Virus record (IMG/VR): IMGVR_UViG_3300012359_000028
Location: 1-64,000 of that record
Reading direction: 5' to 3' (one strand)
DNA: 64,000 nt
Origin: a virus
Positions 17,207 to 28,650 of the stretch are shown one piece after another. Both the position numbers and the translations under genes were made by a program. Position 1 is the stretch's first letter. The number at the start of each line of letters is the position of its first letter. Under the pieces are notes generated by a model. It was not told the origin of the DNA. It did not search any database and was given only the letters and a program-made list of their open reading frames with translations.

Positions 17207-20200
17207 ATGGCTGACATTAAGCATAACCTCCAAGAAGGAGGGCTCTATATAGACAAATTTCTGGACAGGATTATATAAGAATCGTTCGCCTTTGTTCACC
17301 CCGGTATCTGCGATGGGGATTACTCTGATCTCCAGGCGAGATGCGTTGATTGACGGCCTGAATATGATGATTTCGCCGCAGTATACTTTGAAGCGGCGAT
17401 ACGGCCACAGTAAAGCATCTTCTATAGCATTCAATTCTGGTGAATGGCCGCTTACATTTGCTAGTTTCCAACAGACTAGCGGAAATATCATTCCGATGGT
17501 GGACACACAGACTAATGTGTACACATTCAGTCCAAGTTCAAAAACTTCGGTCTTCACGAAATTGCCGGGAGCTAAGCAGTCGAGTTTCGTTAGCGATTTG
17601 ACCTGGATGTACTGGGTCGATGGTGTTTCGGCGAATAAGTTTGATGGCGCCAACGTCTGGAATTTGAGTATCGCGGCTCCTACCACAGCACCGACTGTTA
17701 CCACAGTGCAAAGTGGTTCTGCCGGGACGCAATGGCAGGCGAGTACATGGTTCTCTACGATGGGAATCATGGTCGATAGCCATAACAATGCGCAGCAATT
17801 GATAGCAATAAGCAATGGGACTCAATTCGGTACGTCTTCGTCGGGCCAGCCAGTATGGAATAATACTCCGGGTCAGTCAACAACAGAAACTGGTGGTGTG
17901 GTATGGCAAAATGAGGGTTTACTGGGCGACTGGCGGCAAGGGTATTATAAATACTTTGCTGATCTGTTTACATTTACCTACCCTGGCTCTATTTGGGATA
18001 CGCCGCACGGTGTTGCTTATTTTCAAACCTTTAATCTTGGGGCAGGCGTAAATTTACCAACGGGTCCTTCGCGGCCACCTTTTAGTGGGGCACTAGGCAG
18101 TCAATATATTGATAATTTTTGCACGTGGACTGCTTCTGCAATCAATGGCGCGTTCCCGAATGTTAAGACCTGGACTCCGAGTCATTTATATAGTACGAAT
18201 GATCGAGTTTATCAGCCTTCAACTCCTCCAGCAACTGCGCAGACTCCAGTTTATTTGATGCGTTGTACTACACCGGGAACATCAGATGCTAGTTTTTCAT
18301 CTGCTGCTTTTTCGCAGGGAGTCTCTCAGACGACAATCGACAAAGAGTTGCAATGGATTAACTTAGGCTCGGCCGTTCGTCTAAATGCGCATAGCTATTC
18401 CCCATGGACATCATCTTACGGTCATAGTTTTTCTTGCATAAAAGATAGTCTTGGCGGAGCAGGAGGCGCGGGTAACCTTCAAGTATGTATTGGCTCTCTT
18501 GTTAACGGTGCAGTTGTTCTTGGCGGAAAAGGTACAACTGGGCTTAATCCTCCTGCATCATGGGCGAGCACATACGGTCAACAAACTATAGATGGGTCTG
18601 TAGTGTGGGTTTGTATTGGCCGTGACACCGGCTGGTTATCAAACACAATTCATTATTTGCCTGCGGCGGGATTTGCTGCGCCAGTTCAGGTTACAGGTCT
18701 CGGTGGGGCACAAATTATTGAAGGGACTCCCTCGATTGTTCAATTCGTCTATAATACTGGACTTTCCCAAACACCTGGACCGCCATCATGGAATAATGCG
18801 AAGAATGCTACTACAACCGACAATACGATCACGTGGATAAGTAATGGCCCGCAACTAGCAAACTCGATTTCGTGGGCAAAAGGTTATGCCTATGCTTATT
18901 CGTACAAAGCGCGATCAACGACAGATTTCTATTCGGTAGCAACGGGAACACCCCCAACGCTACCTATTCCTCCTGGTTCGACATTTGGGGCTCTTCCTGC
19001 TCCAACAGGCAGTAAGTCCGGTGGAGTGTCCACAGCCTCTCCTGTGACGCTTATTGTTACTTCGAATGCTGGAGCGCAGAACATTTTGACGATACCGGGT
19101 TCTACAGACCCGCAAATCGATACTATTGTGATCTGGCGCAGTAAGGATGGCGGCGGCTCCAGCAATATGTTCGAGCTGACAGAGATTCCGAATCCAGATG
19201 TAATCAATGGAATTGCTGGAACGGCGACATATACAGACTTTCAACTTGATTCCATTCTTAACACCCAAATCTTGGCTCCTATTGCGAACGCTAATAATCC
19301 TATCCCGACTGGATCAAGCATTCTAGTATGGCATGCGGGTCGTTTATGGGCTGCAAATGGAAACATTGTTTATTTCTCTGGCGGCCCAGATACATCGCCG
19401 GGGGTGGGTCAAGAAAGTTGGCCTCCGGGTAATAATTTTGCGTTGCCCGGAAATGTCACGGCTATGACGAGTACAACAGCCGGGCTTATCATTTCAGTGA
19501 ACGATGATGCGTACGTGACGACGGGAACAACGTCGGCATCGTTCACGGTTCCGATTTTGTGGCAAGCAAACTTTGGCGTGCCTACGATGAATGCGGTTGC
19601 CCAAGATGGCGACAATGTTTTTTTCTTTACTACGAAGGGTCAGATTTGGCATTTTTCTGCAAACGGACTCGCCGATATTGGATATTTGAATGCAGTGGAT
19701 TTTGCCGCAATGACTCCGGCCAACGTCTACATCGCAATTCATCGCTCAGGTGCGGACGAAGGCTTATTTGTTAGCAATGGTTCAACGAATCTATGGCGAT
19801 ATAGCCAGAATTCGAATGGGTGGGACCCAACATATACTCCAGTCAACGGCGTGAATGCTATCGGTTCCATTGAAACATCGAATGGCACATGGAATTTACT
19901 GCTCGGGCGACCTACGGGTTCGGGATTTATTCTTAAACGCGACTTGACCTTGTACACGGACGACAGCACTGCATACCATGCCTTTTCTACGATTGGATCG
20001 TTGGTTCTTGCACCACCCCGTCAAGTAGCAAATATCACTTCAGTTCTTTTTCAGGGTAGAGTTATTGGAACGTATCCGACAATTTCGGTTATGCTCAATG
20101 AGATCACGGATACGGGCGTGTTTCCAGCGACATTTACGGTATTGCCGAATCCGGTGGTTGATCCGCCTCAATTAGTCGGCTTTCAGAACACGATTTATAT

Positions 20201-20324
20201 GAAGCGCCATGATTTTAAGTCGGCTTCGGTTCCGCTGCCGCAGCATGTGGTGCATATGCAAATTAAGGTCGATTTTGGAAATGATACAGTTGCTAATGAA
20301 CTCATGGGCTTGGGGCTCGCCTGA
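17207..20324 (+). CDS. major tail / nozzle (tail tubular protein B-like) protein; N-terminus needs a +1 shift at about 17258-17261
   Basis: ORF track starts at TTG 17292, but its frame is open from 17253 (TNFWTGLYKNRSPL); the upstream frame has GGGAGG RBS and ATG 17207 (MADIKHNLQEGGLYIDKF); LKRRYG motif, beta-propeller-like C-terminus (GRLW) and five W...T.D..W repeats. Confidence 0.7.
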
Positions 20325-22435
20325 TGGCTGTCAACATTGTAAATAAAGACCTTCAGGATTTGCAGTTTCAAGAAGGACGCCCGACGCAATATACGCCGGT
20401 GACATTTCGTCCTACGCGGCCACTTTTGCCATTTACGATTATTCCGGGTCCTAAAGAAGTTAGTAGCATTCAGATTATTAAAAATACGTTGTCAGTAGCC
20501 TCCACTCCTGCGGACACGGATTTGTTCTTGTTGTTTCGAGGAACATGGCAATCGTTCATTGCTTACAGTGTGAACGATGTTGTGGTTCAAAATCTTAGCA
20601 CGTATGTGGCTATTCAAGGTAGTGTAGGGTTGCGCCCAGATCAAAATCCTTTGAATTGGACAATTTTGGGAGAAAATCTAGTTTTTAGTTCCAATGTTTT
20701 ACTTTTTGATGGGCATAAACTGAATTTCAGTACAGCCGGTAGTAGTCCTGTAATTGGTTCCTTGACTCCTTCTGCTCCGAATGATCTTGCATTTCTTGCC
20801 CTGAGTCAACGTGAGACAGACCTAGATTCTTCATGGGTAAAATTATATACCAGCGGAGGAGCGGTAGCGGTTGCTATTAAAGCATTGCCGACTGCCGCAC
20901 CCTTAGCAACCACCCTGACGAATACAGGATTTCCATGGGGATCGAACTTGTTATTTTTCAAGGGCGGTTTCCCAACACTGACTGGAAGTATAACGTCCGT
21001 ACAGATCATTAGCAATGTTGTGACTTGCCAATGTGTGAATGCATTTATAGTTGGGACTCAAATCATAGTCAATGGATTGGCGGGCGCTAATTTTTTGAAC
21101 GGTACCCAGGCCCAAATCACCGCCGTGACTGCGAGTTCATTCAGTTTTGCTTTTACGCACGCGAACTATGGCCCGGCTGCTGATAATGGAACAGTCACGT
21201 GGCTGCCTTATTTTCAGATGGTGTCAGCAAGTTTCCCTGGAACTAACAATAGCAATACGACCGATCATCTCATATTTCCAAACCCAGTTAAATCAGGTAG
21301 CCTTCTGGTTTTTGTCGGCATCACGGGAGACAATAATGCAGTGGCATCCCTGGTTTCAATTACAGATACGGTTGGGAATACATGGGTGCCCTATGGAGAT
21401 AGTCACTTCGGGTGTGGTGCCTCAGTAGGTTATTGTCAGTCATCGAATTCTGGCACCGTTGATATGGCTTGCTTTGGCACATGGTCTACGCCGTCTGATG
21501 TAGGCATAGCTTTTGAATTTCCAGTGGCTATTATACAGAGTTGGGAACCTTATGATGTAGTTGAATTTCGTGGCTCAATGTTTGTATGCTTGCGCGAGAC
21601 GGCCACGGATGCGTTTAGTGATCCTACATCTTGGGCTTTAATCGGCCCTGGTGTGGGGTCTGTTGATATTCTTTCAGCAAATTATTTGGCTATTTCTACT
21701 GATTCCGGCCGATTGCTTTCATTCAATTCCAGTTCTGCGGTCACATTGACATTGCCGAATCCAGTTTCAGCACCGCCTTCGGGCTCTACAGAAACAGGAT
21801 GGATGATTTTTGTTGAAAATATAGGAACGGGCGTACTCACAATTTCGAACAACACTCGGACAATTGACGGTGTGGCCGGAAATTTAACGTTGGGTCAGAA
21901 TCAGGGTGTTGTTATTTTTGCCGATGCGACTGGGAACTATAAAACTTACCATGGCATGAATTCAATTGTGGTGCCAAACATTTTCACGGTTACAGTTCCA
22001 AATGGATCGGGCCAGATAACAATTGGATTAGCAACGCAATCTGCAAATACCTTTTGGAGAGGCCCGAGCAGCGGTGCCCCCGCGCAACCGGTATTTGGGC
22101 CTATCGTTGCCGGGGATATTCCGTCATCGGCGTTACCTCCGCTTGCATTGACGGTTGTTGTTTTGACGCAGGCAACGCACACGCTCAGTGGGACTCTTCT
22201 TATAAATGGACAGCGTCCACCCGCTGGTGTATATCGACTGAGTGCTAATTTCTTTTTACAGGCCAATCCGAGCGCGGGAACCCTGGCAGTCAGTTTTGGA
22301 TATAACGATGGAACGGCTGCACGAACTGATTCACCGGCATCTATGGATACTTCTGCTTTGAATCTGGGCGAGCATGACATAGTGATTGTTTCCGATGGCA
22401 TTCACGACATCACTTGGTCAATGACGCTGGTATAA
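20324..22435 (+). CDS. tail fibre / receptor-binding protein
   Basis: FRGTW...Y..NDVV carbohydrate-binding-like repeats; modular beta domains. Confidence 0.65.
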   Translation: MAVNIVNKDLQDLQFQEGRPTQYTPVTFRPTRPLLPFTIIPGPKEVSSIQIIKNTLSVASTPADTDLFLLFRGTWQSFIAYSVNDVVVQNLSTYVAIQGSVGLRPDQNPLNWTILGENLVFSSNVLLFDGHKLNFSTAGSSPVIGSLTPSAPNDLAFLALSQRETDLDSSWVKLYTSGGAVAVAIKALPTAAPLATTLTNTGFPWGSNLLFFKGGFPTLTGSITSVQIISNVVTCQCVNAFIVGTQIIVNGLAGANFLNGTQAQITAVTASSFSFAFTHANYGPAADNGTVTWLPYFQMVSASFPGTNNSNTTDHLIFPNPVKSGSLLVFVGITGDNNAVASLVSITDTVGNTWVPYGDSHFGCGASVGYCQSSNSGTVDMACFGTWSTPSDVGIAFEFPVAIIQSWEPYDVVEFRGSMFVCLRETATDAFSDPTSWALIGPGVGSVDILSANYLAISTDSGRLLSFNSSSAVTLTLPNPVSAPPSGSTETGWMIFVENIGTGVLTISNNTRTIDGVAGNLTLGQNQGVVIFADATGNYKTYHGMNSIVVPNIFTVTVPNGSGQITIGLATQSANTFWRGPSSGAPAQPVFGPIVAGDIPSSALPPLALTVVVLTQATHTLSGTLLINGQRPPAGVYRLSANFFLQANPSAGTLAVSFGYNDGTAARTDSPASMDTSALNLGEHDIVIVSDGIHDITWSMTLV

Positions 22436-22444
22436 AGGAAGAGC

Positions 22445-23806
22445 ATGAGTCGCGTTGAAGATGATCTTCGGACGAAGACCTTAGAAGTAGACGGTACGGC
22501 GTTACCTCTGGTCCTGATTAGGAGTGCTGCTTCTCATGCGCAGATCAATATAGATGCCGCAGTCGGGTTTAACTCAGTCCATGAGTTCTTGGCTGGTGGT
22601 GTGCCTTTGTGGGCCTACGGTAATCTAGGGTCTGATAATAGCTTCGTTCTTATCGATAAGAATGGCGTCACGCGATTCAAGATAACTTTGAACGGCGACT
22701 TTCAGCACCTTGGCGGTAATGTTTCTGTAGCTGGTGGGAGTATGAACGCACTCACCGGCTTTCAGCAAAATAGCGGAGCGATTTCGGGACATGTTCTTCG
22801 AGGAAATGGAACTAATTTTGTTGACGCAGCATTGGCAGCGGCAGATTTGAGTAATGGAGTAACTGGTTCTGGTGCTGTTGTTCTGGCAACATCTCCTTCG
22901 TTATTGGGTTCTCCTGTAGCGCCAACACAAGCCGCTGGTGATAATACCACTAAGATTGCTACTGATGCCTTTGTTACAACCGCTATCAATAACGCGGTTG
23001 CCGGGGTGAATCCTGCTGTTGCGGTACAGGCGGCTACAACTCAAGCAAGTGACACCTCTGGCTTTACATACAATAACGGCGTTTCAGGTATCGGCGCGAC
23101 TCTCATGGGCTCCGTGAATACCGCCGTAACGGTTGATGGTTTTACGTTTACTGGTTTAGGGCAACGGTTACTGGTCAAGAATGACACACAATCACCATCT
23201 GGAGCATTTAATGGCGTCTATTATGTTACACAACTTCAGACTGTGTTGCTACCTCCAGTTTTGACTCGTGCTCTAGATTATGACATGCCATCGGATATCA
23301 ACAACACCGGGGCGATTCCGGTGGTTAACGGTTCCGTGAATGCACTCACGAGTTGGTTACTAACTTCAACAGTCAATACGGTTGGCACTGATCCACTTAC
23401 TTATGCTAAATTTTCTACCGGCCCGGTTTCAATCATCGGTATTGATAGTCTTGCATTGGGCGCGGCGGTCACGTCTACACTTCTCTATGCCGTGCCTGCC
23501 AACGGTGCAGGGTTATATCGCGTTCTTTGGTGTGCAAAAGTCACCAGAATCGCCACGACATCATCAATCTTGGGAGGCTCTGCTGGTTTTCAGATTGGGT
23601 ATACCGATGCTGATGACTCCGTAGTAGTGACCACACTAGCCAACCCGACTGGAAATGCAAACGGTAACACCACCGGAGTGCAAATTTCTGGCGTATTTGT
23701 CATAAACGCCAAGGCCAGCACGAACGTCAACTATCAGATGGATTACACCAGCGTCGGAGCAACGTCGATGCAGTATAGTCTTCATGTTAGACTTGAGAAA
23801 CTCTAA
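22445..23806 (+). CDS. tail fibre protein
   Basis: APT.AAGDNTTKIAT.AFV and RLLVKN.T....NGVY...RA.D fibre motifs. Confidence 0.75.
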   Translation: MSRVEDDLRTKTLEVDGTALPLVLIRSAASHAQINIDAAVGFNSVHEFLAGGVPLWAYGNLGSDNSFVLIDKNGVTRFKITLNGDFQHLGGNVSVAGGSMNALTGFQQNSGAISGHVLRGNGTNFVDAALAAADLSNGVTGSGAVVLATSPSLLGSPVAPTQAAGDNTTKIATDAFVTTAINNAVAGVNPAVAVQAATTQASDTSGFTYNNGVSGIGATLMGSVNTAVTVDGFTFTGLGQRLLVKNDTQSPSGAFNGVYYVTQLQTVLLPPVLTRALDYDMPSDINNTGAIPVVNGSVNALTSWLLTSTVNTVGTDPLTYAKFSTGPVSIIGIDSLALGAAVTSTLLYAVPANGAGLYRVLWCAKVTRIATTSSILGGSAGFQIGYTDADDSVVVTTLANPTGNANGNTTGVQISGVFVINAKASTNVNYQMDYTSVGATSMQYSLHVRLEKL

Positions 23807-23815
23807 GGAAATTAA

Positions 23816-26227
23816 ATGGCTCTTCCGATCAAAGTCAATGGGTGGACTAGTTCTCCTACCAACGTAGCGAGCACGTCCAATACGGTTACCTTTAGTCCGG
23901 GTGCAAATCATGCGCTTGTAGTGTGGATATTCAGTACCGCTGCCGTATCGATCATTTCTGACGGGACCAACACTTTTTACAATGTTCAAGGCGCGCTAAC
24001 CGGGGGCTTGAACGTCGCGCTATACACAACAGGTCCGCGTAGTTCAAAGGCAGGAACTAATCTTACGATCACGGTCACTTTTGCGTCATCTTGCCAAAGT
24101 TCGATAGCCGTCACGGAGTGGTCAGGTGTCGTGGCTTTTGGGGGTAATGGCTCTCAGCAAGGAACGAGCACAACCCCCACGTATAACATTCAGTCCACGA
24201 CTAACAACAATAACGTTATCGAGTGCGGATTTGGAGTCATAGGAACTCAGACTTGGAGTGCTACCGGAAGCACGACGCTTGATCTTCAAGAACAAGGGGC
24301 TTCTGGAGGAGCGACTCCTGGATTTGGCGTGATGTACAACTCATCACCCACGCCTGCGGCTGTCGGCGTTACGGGAAGTATCTCATCTTCAGGAACGTGG
24401 ATTGGAATAGGAATTGAATATCGTTCTGAAGGTATCGCGGTATCACTAGGGGGAACGAGCAGTTCGGACACCACGTCCAGCACCACTAGAACTATAGGTT
24501 CGGCGCATATCGTAGCGGATGCAACGGTCATCATCTCCTGTGTGGCGGGTGGTGGGGGCGGCGGGCATATCACCAACGTGACCGACACACTTGGAAATAT
24601 CTACGCCCCGTTAGCGCCGTATGCATTTAACACAGCATCAGACGTTATAGATATGTGGGGATGTTTGCAGGCGTCTAAAGGCGGCATAACAACCATCACA
24701 ATTACATTAAGTGCAGCTTCAACAAGTCATGCTGCCTTTCAAGAATATACTGGTGTGACGTGCTTCGGCGCGAATAATGTCGAGATTAACACCTTAGCAT
24801 CGCTTAGCCTCAGCCAAACGACGGTCGATAACAACAATTTTGTCGTGTTTGCAGGCGGCGCGCAAGGTACCTCTGACTATACGGTAACATCCGGCACGGC
24901 TCGGTGGCATGTGCCTGGGGCAAGTTCAACAGTCCCCGGTATCCTAATAATGGATAATATGTCGGCATCACCGGCATCGGTTACTGGTACCGCAACGATT
25001 ACGTCCAGCGCTCTTGAAGGTTTGCTCTCTGTTGAGTTGCGAACAGGCGGGACCTCTTGGTCCATAGTTAATAAGGGTGGGCCTTTTACGCCCAATAGTG
25101 GAGTGCCGGTCACTCTGGGTTTTACGCCTACTTCGGGTAATCTACTGATTGCAGCAATTCTACTGTCCTCCTATCAAGCAGATATCTTGAAAATCATTGA
25201 TAACGGAGTCGGTGGTGGTAGTGTTTGGAAACCAGCCGGTGATGGGAAAAGTGTTACAGCGCACACCGATGCGGTGACGAACGCAGGCTCAACTATCTGT
25301 TTCGCACAAGCTAAGCCCGGCATCACGATCTTAACGTTTACTACAACGGATGGTACTCAAGTTTCTTCGGTTGAGATTTATGAGGTTTCAGGCTTGAAGA
25401 ATCAGGTTGCTGATGTTTTTTCAGGTACATCCAGCGCTACCGGCAATGGGACTTTATATCCCTCCGGGAAGGTATTTACCCCCAAAATTGGGGAGTTCAT
25501 AGTTAACACGATTTTTTCTGCCCAATCGCTAAATAGTATTGATAGTGATTTTCTGGTTGATGTGAGCGGAACGAAAGCATTTGCGCACAGTGCCATCAAC
25601 TTTGGATTACCTCGTATCTACAACGCAACCTGGACTTCCGTCTCGAACAGTCAGCCGTATTGTTCCTCCTCGGCGGCATTTGCGCCGGGATCGGGTACGC
25701 CATCACAGGACCCGCAGCAACAACTTTTGCTTCCTTTTCCTGTGCCGATAACAGAACTGGTATATCCCCTTCAAATGGGCGCGGGCGATAACGGATTATT
25801 TTGCGCGGTGTTCACCGCGCCATTCGATATGCTGCTCGGGAAGGCAACAATCGAAGTGACGACGACTATTCCTTCAAGTACAGGTTTCGTTGGAATCTAT
25901 TCGTCTAATGGAAACACCCTCATTACCGAATGTCGCTTTGATACGTCGATTATGGGAAAGCAGACGGTAACGCCGCAGCATGGGGTAGGTATCGATAATC
26001 TTATAGCGGGTACCACTTATTGGTTTGTGACTGGGAACACGAGCAACCTGGTTCGGTGTCAAGGTGTAGCGGCTGTGAGTGGTGAGCACTTCCTATCAGT
26101 TTTCAATGCTAATCGGATTCATGCTGGCTTTTCGACCAATGTAATTGCATCCGGTGCTCTCCCTGCGACGCTTGGTCCGGTAATAGATACAATCTACGTT
26201 TCCCCTTTAGTGCTTTTCGAATCATAA
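23816..26227 (+). CDS. virion adhesin / fibre-like protein with repeated beta-sandwich modules
   Basis: Ser/Thr/Gly-rich; repeated (S/T)D..(G)N...E(W/Y)(S/T)GV modules. Confidence 0.6.
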   Translation: MALPIKVNGWTSSPTNVASTSNTVTFSPGANHALVVWIFSTAAVSIISDGTNTFYNVQGALTGGLNVALYTTGPRSSKAGTNLTITVTFASSCQSSIAVTEWSGVVAFGGNGSQQGTSTTPTYNIQSTTNNNNVIECGFGVIGTQTWSATGSTTLDLQEQGASGGATPGFGVMYNSSPTPAAVGVTGSISSSGTWIGIGIEYRSEGIAVSLGGTSSSDTTSSTTRTIGSAHIVADATVIISCVAGGGGGGHITNVTDTLGNIYAPLAPYAFNTASDVIDMWGCLQASKGGITTITITLSAASTSHAAFQEYTGVTCFGANNVEINTLASLSLSQTTVDNNNFVVFAGGAQGTSDYTVTSGTARWHVPGASSTVPGILIMDNMSASPASVTGTATITSSALEGLLSVELRTGGTSWSIVNKGGPFTPNSGVPVTLGFTPTSGNLLIAAILLSSYQADILKIIDNGVGGGSVWKPAGDGKSVTAHTDAVTNAGSTICFAQAKPGITILTFTTTDGTQVSSVEIYEVSGLKNQVADVFSGTSSATGNGTLYPSGKVFTPKIGEFIVNTIFSAQSLNSIDSDFLVDVSGTKAFAHSAINFGLPRIYNATWTSVSNSQPYCSSSAAFAPGSGTPSQDPQQQLLLPFPVPITELVYPLQMGAGDNGLFCAVFTAPFDMLLGKATIEVTTTIPSSTGFVGIYSSNGNTLITECRFDTSIMGKQTVTPQHGVGIDNLIAGTTYWFVTGNTSNLVRCQGVAAVSGEHFLSVFNANRIHAGFSTNVIASGALPATLGPVIDTIYVSPLVLFES

Positions 26228-26241
26228 TTTAGGAGAAGAAA

Positions 26242-26712
26242 ATGGCAACTTTGAAAGAGCAGATTTCGGTCGCCGCTACCGGCATAACGATTACACTCGC
26301 AAGCCTTGGTTCGGGGTCATGGCGTCAAGGTGCGTTTGTTGAAAACACTACCACCTTGCTGCTTGATTCCTTTGTTCAATTCGTAGTGAAGACAGGTGCA
26401 ACCGCAGCGGGCACCGTCGATATCTGGCTCTACGGGTCTATTGATGGCACGACATATTCGGATGGGGCAACAGGATTAGATGCGGCATTTACACCGACTG
26501 CAACTCCGAATCTTGTGTTTCTGGGTTCGATAAATACGCCAGCGGCGACGACCGCTTATACGTCTAAACTTATGTCTGTGGCGGCTGCTTTTGGCGGCAG
26601 TATACCGAAGCAATGGGGGCCTGCTGTTAAGAACACGAACGGCGGCGCTCTTGATGCGACCGAAGGTAACTTCTCGAAACAATATCTCGGATTGACATAT
26701 CAAAGCGTGTAA
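26242..26712 (+). CDS. putative virion structural protein
   Basis: AGGAG RBS; ITLASL...P..W...V.N..G.AL motif. Confidence 0.65.
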   Translation: MATLKEQISVAATGITITLASLGSGSWRQGAFVENTTTLLLDSFVQFVVKTGATAAGTVDIWLYGSIDGTTYSDGATGLDAAFTPTATPNLVFLGSINTPAATTAYTSKLMSVAAAFGGSIPKQWGPAVKNTNGGALDATEGNFSKQYLGLTYQSV

Positions 26713-26715
26713 CCA

Positions 26716-27459
26716 ATGGCTATTTCTTTCGTCAACTTTTCTGGTGGCGGGGCACAAAACGGGCCATTTACCACGGTCATATCCTCCGCCCAAAATGTCA
26801 CTTCTGGGAATTCGTTAGTTGTTGGGTTGCGTTGGGGAATAACTAGCATTTCAGATAATGCGGGAAATACTTATCAAAACCTGACGAAATTGCTTTGGCC
26901 GAACGGAAACTTGGGTGAAGGAAACCAATGGTTTCTTTGCAATAACTGTGTCGGGAACTCAAATCTTCAAGTAACCGGAAACCTTGTCCCAACAAGTCAG
27001 GCTCTAGATATTTACACTACTATAGGTGTATGGCAGTTCAGTGGCGGTACACTCGTATATGATCAAGGAATCATTGGAAATTCTGGGAGTTCGAGCACAA
27101 CTCAGACCGTAACAGTAAATCCGCATTATCAGCAGTCGGTAGTTTGTTTGATCGACATGGTCAACAATCTATCAACTTATTCTGCTAGTGGCGGATTGAC
27201 TCTGGATGGCGGCAGTAGCGTAAACGGACAGCAAATTGCTGGTGCGTCGCATCAAATTTTTAACAACGGATTCCAGTCTCAAACGTTTACTATGACTTCG
27301 GGAACCTCTGCCGCATGGCAACTTGCCGGGCCGGTATTTGGGGTCGTGCCGCGCACCCCTCCTCCGATTCGGAATCGTAGAGCTTCTGCTGCTGCAACGT
27401 CGCCATTATTTACAGGTCGGTTGTACGCCAGTTACATAACGTTAGAGCGATTATTTTAA
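26716..27459 (+). CDS. putative virion adhesin-like protein
   Basis: ISDNAGNTY module shared with neighbouring fibre genes. Confidence 0.6.
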   Translation: MAISFVNFSGGGAQNGPFTTVISSAQNVTSGNSLVVGLRWGITSISDNAGNTYQNLTKLLWPNGNLGEGNQWFLCNNCVGNSNLQVTGNLVPTSQALDIYTTIGVWQFSGGTLVYDQGIIGNSGSSSTTQTVTVNPHYQQSVVCLIDMVNNLSTYSASGGLTLDGGSSVNGQQIAGASHQIFNNGFQSQTFTMTSGTSAAWQLAGPVFGVVPRTPPPIRNRRASAAATSPLFTGRLYASYITLERLF

Positions 27460-27469
27460 GAGAGGAAGT

Positions 27470-27958
27470 ATGGGATCAGAAATTCGTGCAGAGTTAATGC
27501 CGCTTTACGCTGTATCAGAAGCGGACGCGAAATTGTTCATTGAATGGATGCAGATTCAACGGGCAAGCACCAATTTTGATAAGCGCGTTTTGGGTTATCC
27601 GCGAACGTGTGTGGTGCAGGTTCAACAGAATGATGAAACTATTGTTATGGTTCCGTTGCATTCAGTCTTTATGCTCGAATCATTAGCGCGGAATCCGAAT
27701 CTCACCGATTCACAACTGGTGCTCGCGCTTAATAGCATTGATAAGAAAATTCAGCAAGTGATGCAAGATTCTGGGATGGCAGAAACATTTTTTCAGACAA
27801 ACAGTGAGCGGTTCGCGGATATATGTGAACGGCACGGTTGGATTAAGACTCTCTACGATCCGGCTAAGCAAGAGTGGCTGATGAAAAAGAGAGCGAATAT
27901 CGACTGGACGAAACTTTTAGAGGCGGAAAATGCGTGTAACGATCAACCCAGTTCTTGA
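27470..27958 (+). CDS. hypothetical protein (GNAT-like fold possible; precedes internal virion genes)
   Basis: GAGG RBS; C-terminal ERHGW; position matches podoviral internal virion protein A. Confidence 0.5.
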   Translation: MGSEIRAELMPLYAVSEADAKLFIEWMQIQRASTNFDKRVLGYPRTCVVQVQQNDETIVMVPLHSVFMLESLARNPNLTDSQLVLALNSIDKKIQQVMQDSGMAETFFQTNSERFADICERHGWIKTLYDPAKQEWLMKKRANIDWTKLLEAENACNDQPSS

Positions 27959-28649
27959 TATGTGTTCTATGACGTGGATGTCGCGTCCATCGTACGAATA
28001 CTGCGGCCCGATTATGTCCTTTAAGGGTGATGATACTGCTAAGGCTGCTGAAGCGTCTCAAGCTGAGTTCGCCAAGCAATTGACGGGCCTTTTCCATACG
28101 CAATACGGCAAACAGAGCCAAATTTTTGATTTCCTGACCGGTAAAATGAAGTCGGCTGTCGAAACAGGTGGAATAGGTTATCGTCCCGACTTCCTGGCAG
28201 CGGCACGGACTGAGGCTTCCGATGTAAATGCGCAGCAAACTAAAAATGCTGAGCAAGCCTTTGCAAATAGTGTTTCGGCTCGATCAGGTGGGTCAAAGTT
28301 AGCTGGCCTATCTGGCGCTGTGGCTTCGGGTGAGGCTACTATTGCCGCAGCCGGAGCGGAGCAAGAAGCATCGAGCCAAAATGCAATCACTATGGCGAAT
28401 GAGCAACTCAGACAGCAAAACTACTGGAACTCTATCAATGCTCTCACTGGTCAGCAAGCTGTGGCTAATCCACTCGGATATGCGGCAGGCGCGACATCTG
28501 GTACTAACGCCGTTACAAATGCTTCAGAGGCTGTGACGGCCGCGCAAGGTCCTGGCGCGGCGCAAATTATTGGTGGGCTTGTGGGCGGAGCGGCTGATGC
28601 TTTCCTTGGCGGTTTTGGTCAGGGTATCGGCGGCAAAAAGGGAAAATAA
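27930..28649 (+). CDS. internal virion / DNA ejection protein
   Basis: Ala/Gln/Gly-rich with a Gly-rich hydrophobic C-terminus. Confidence 0.6.
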   Translation: MRVTINPVLDMCSMTWMSRPSYEYCGPIMSFKGDDTAKAAEASQAEFAKQLTGLFHTQYGKQSQIFDFLTGKMKSAVETGGIGYRPDFLAAARTEASDVNAQQTKNAEQAFANSVSARSGGSKLAGLSGAVASGEATIAAAGAEQEASSQNAITMANEQLRQQNYWNSINALTGQQAVANPLGYAAGATSGTNAVTNASEAVTAAQGPGAAQIIGGLVGGAADAFLGGFGQGIGGKKGK

Positions 28650-28650
28650 T

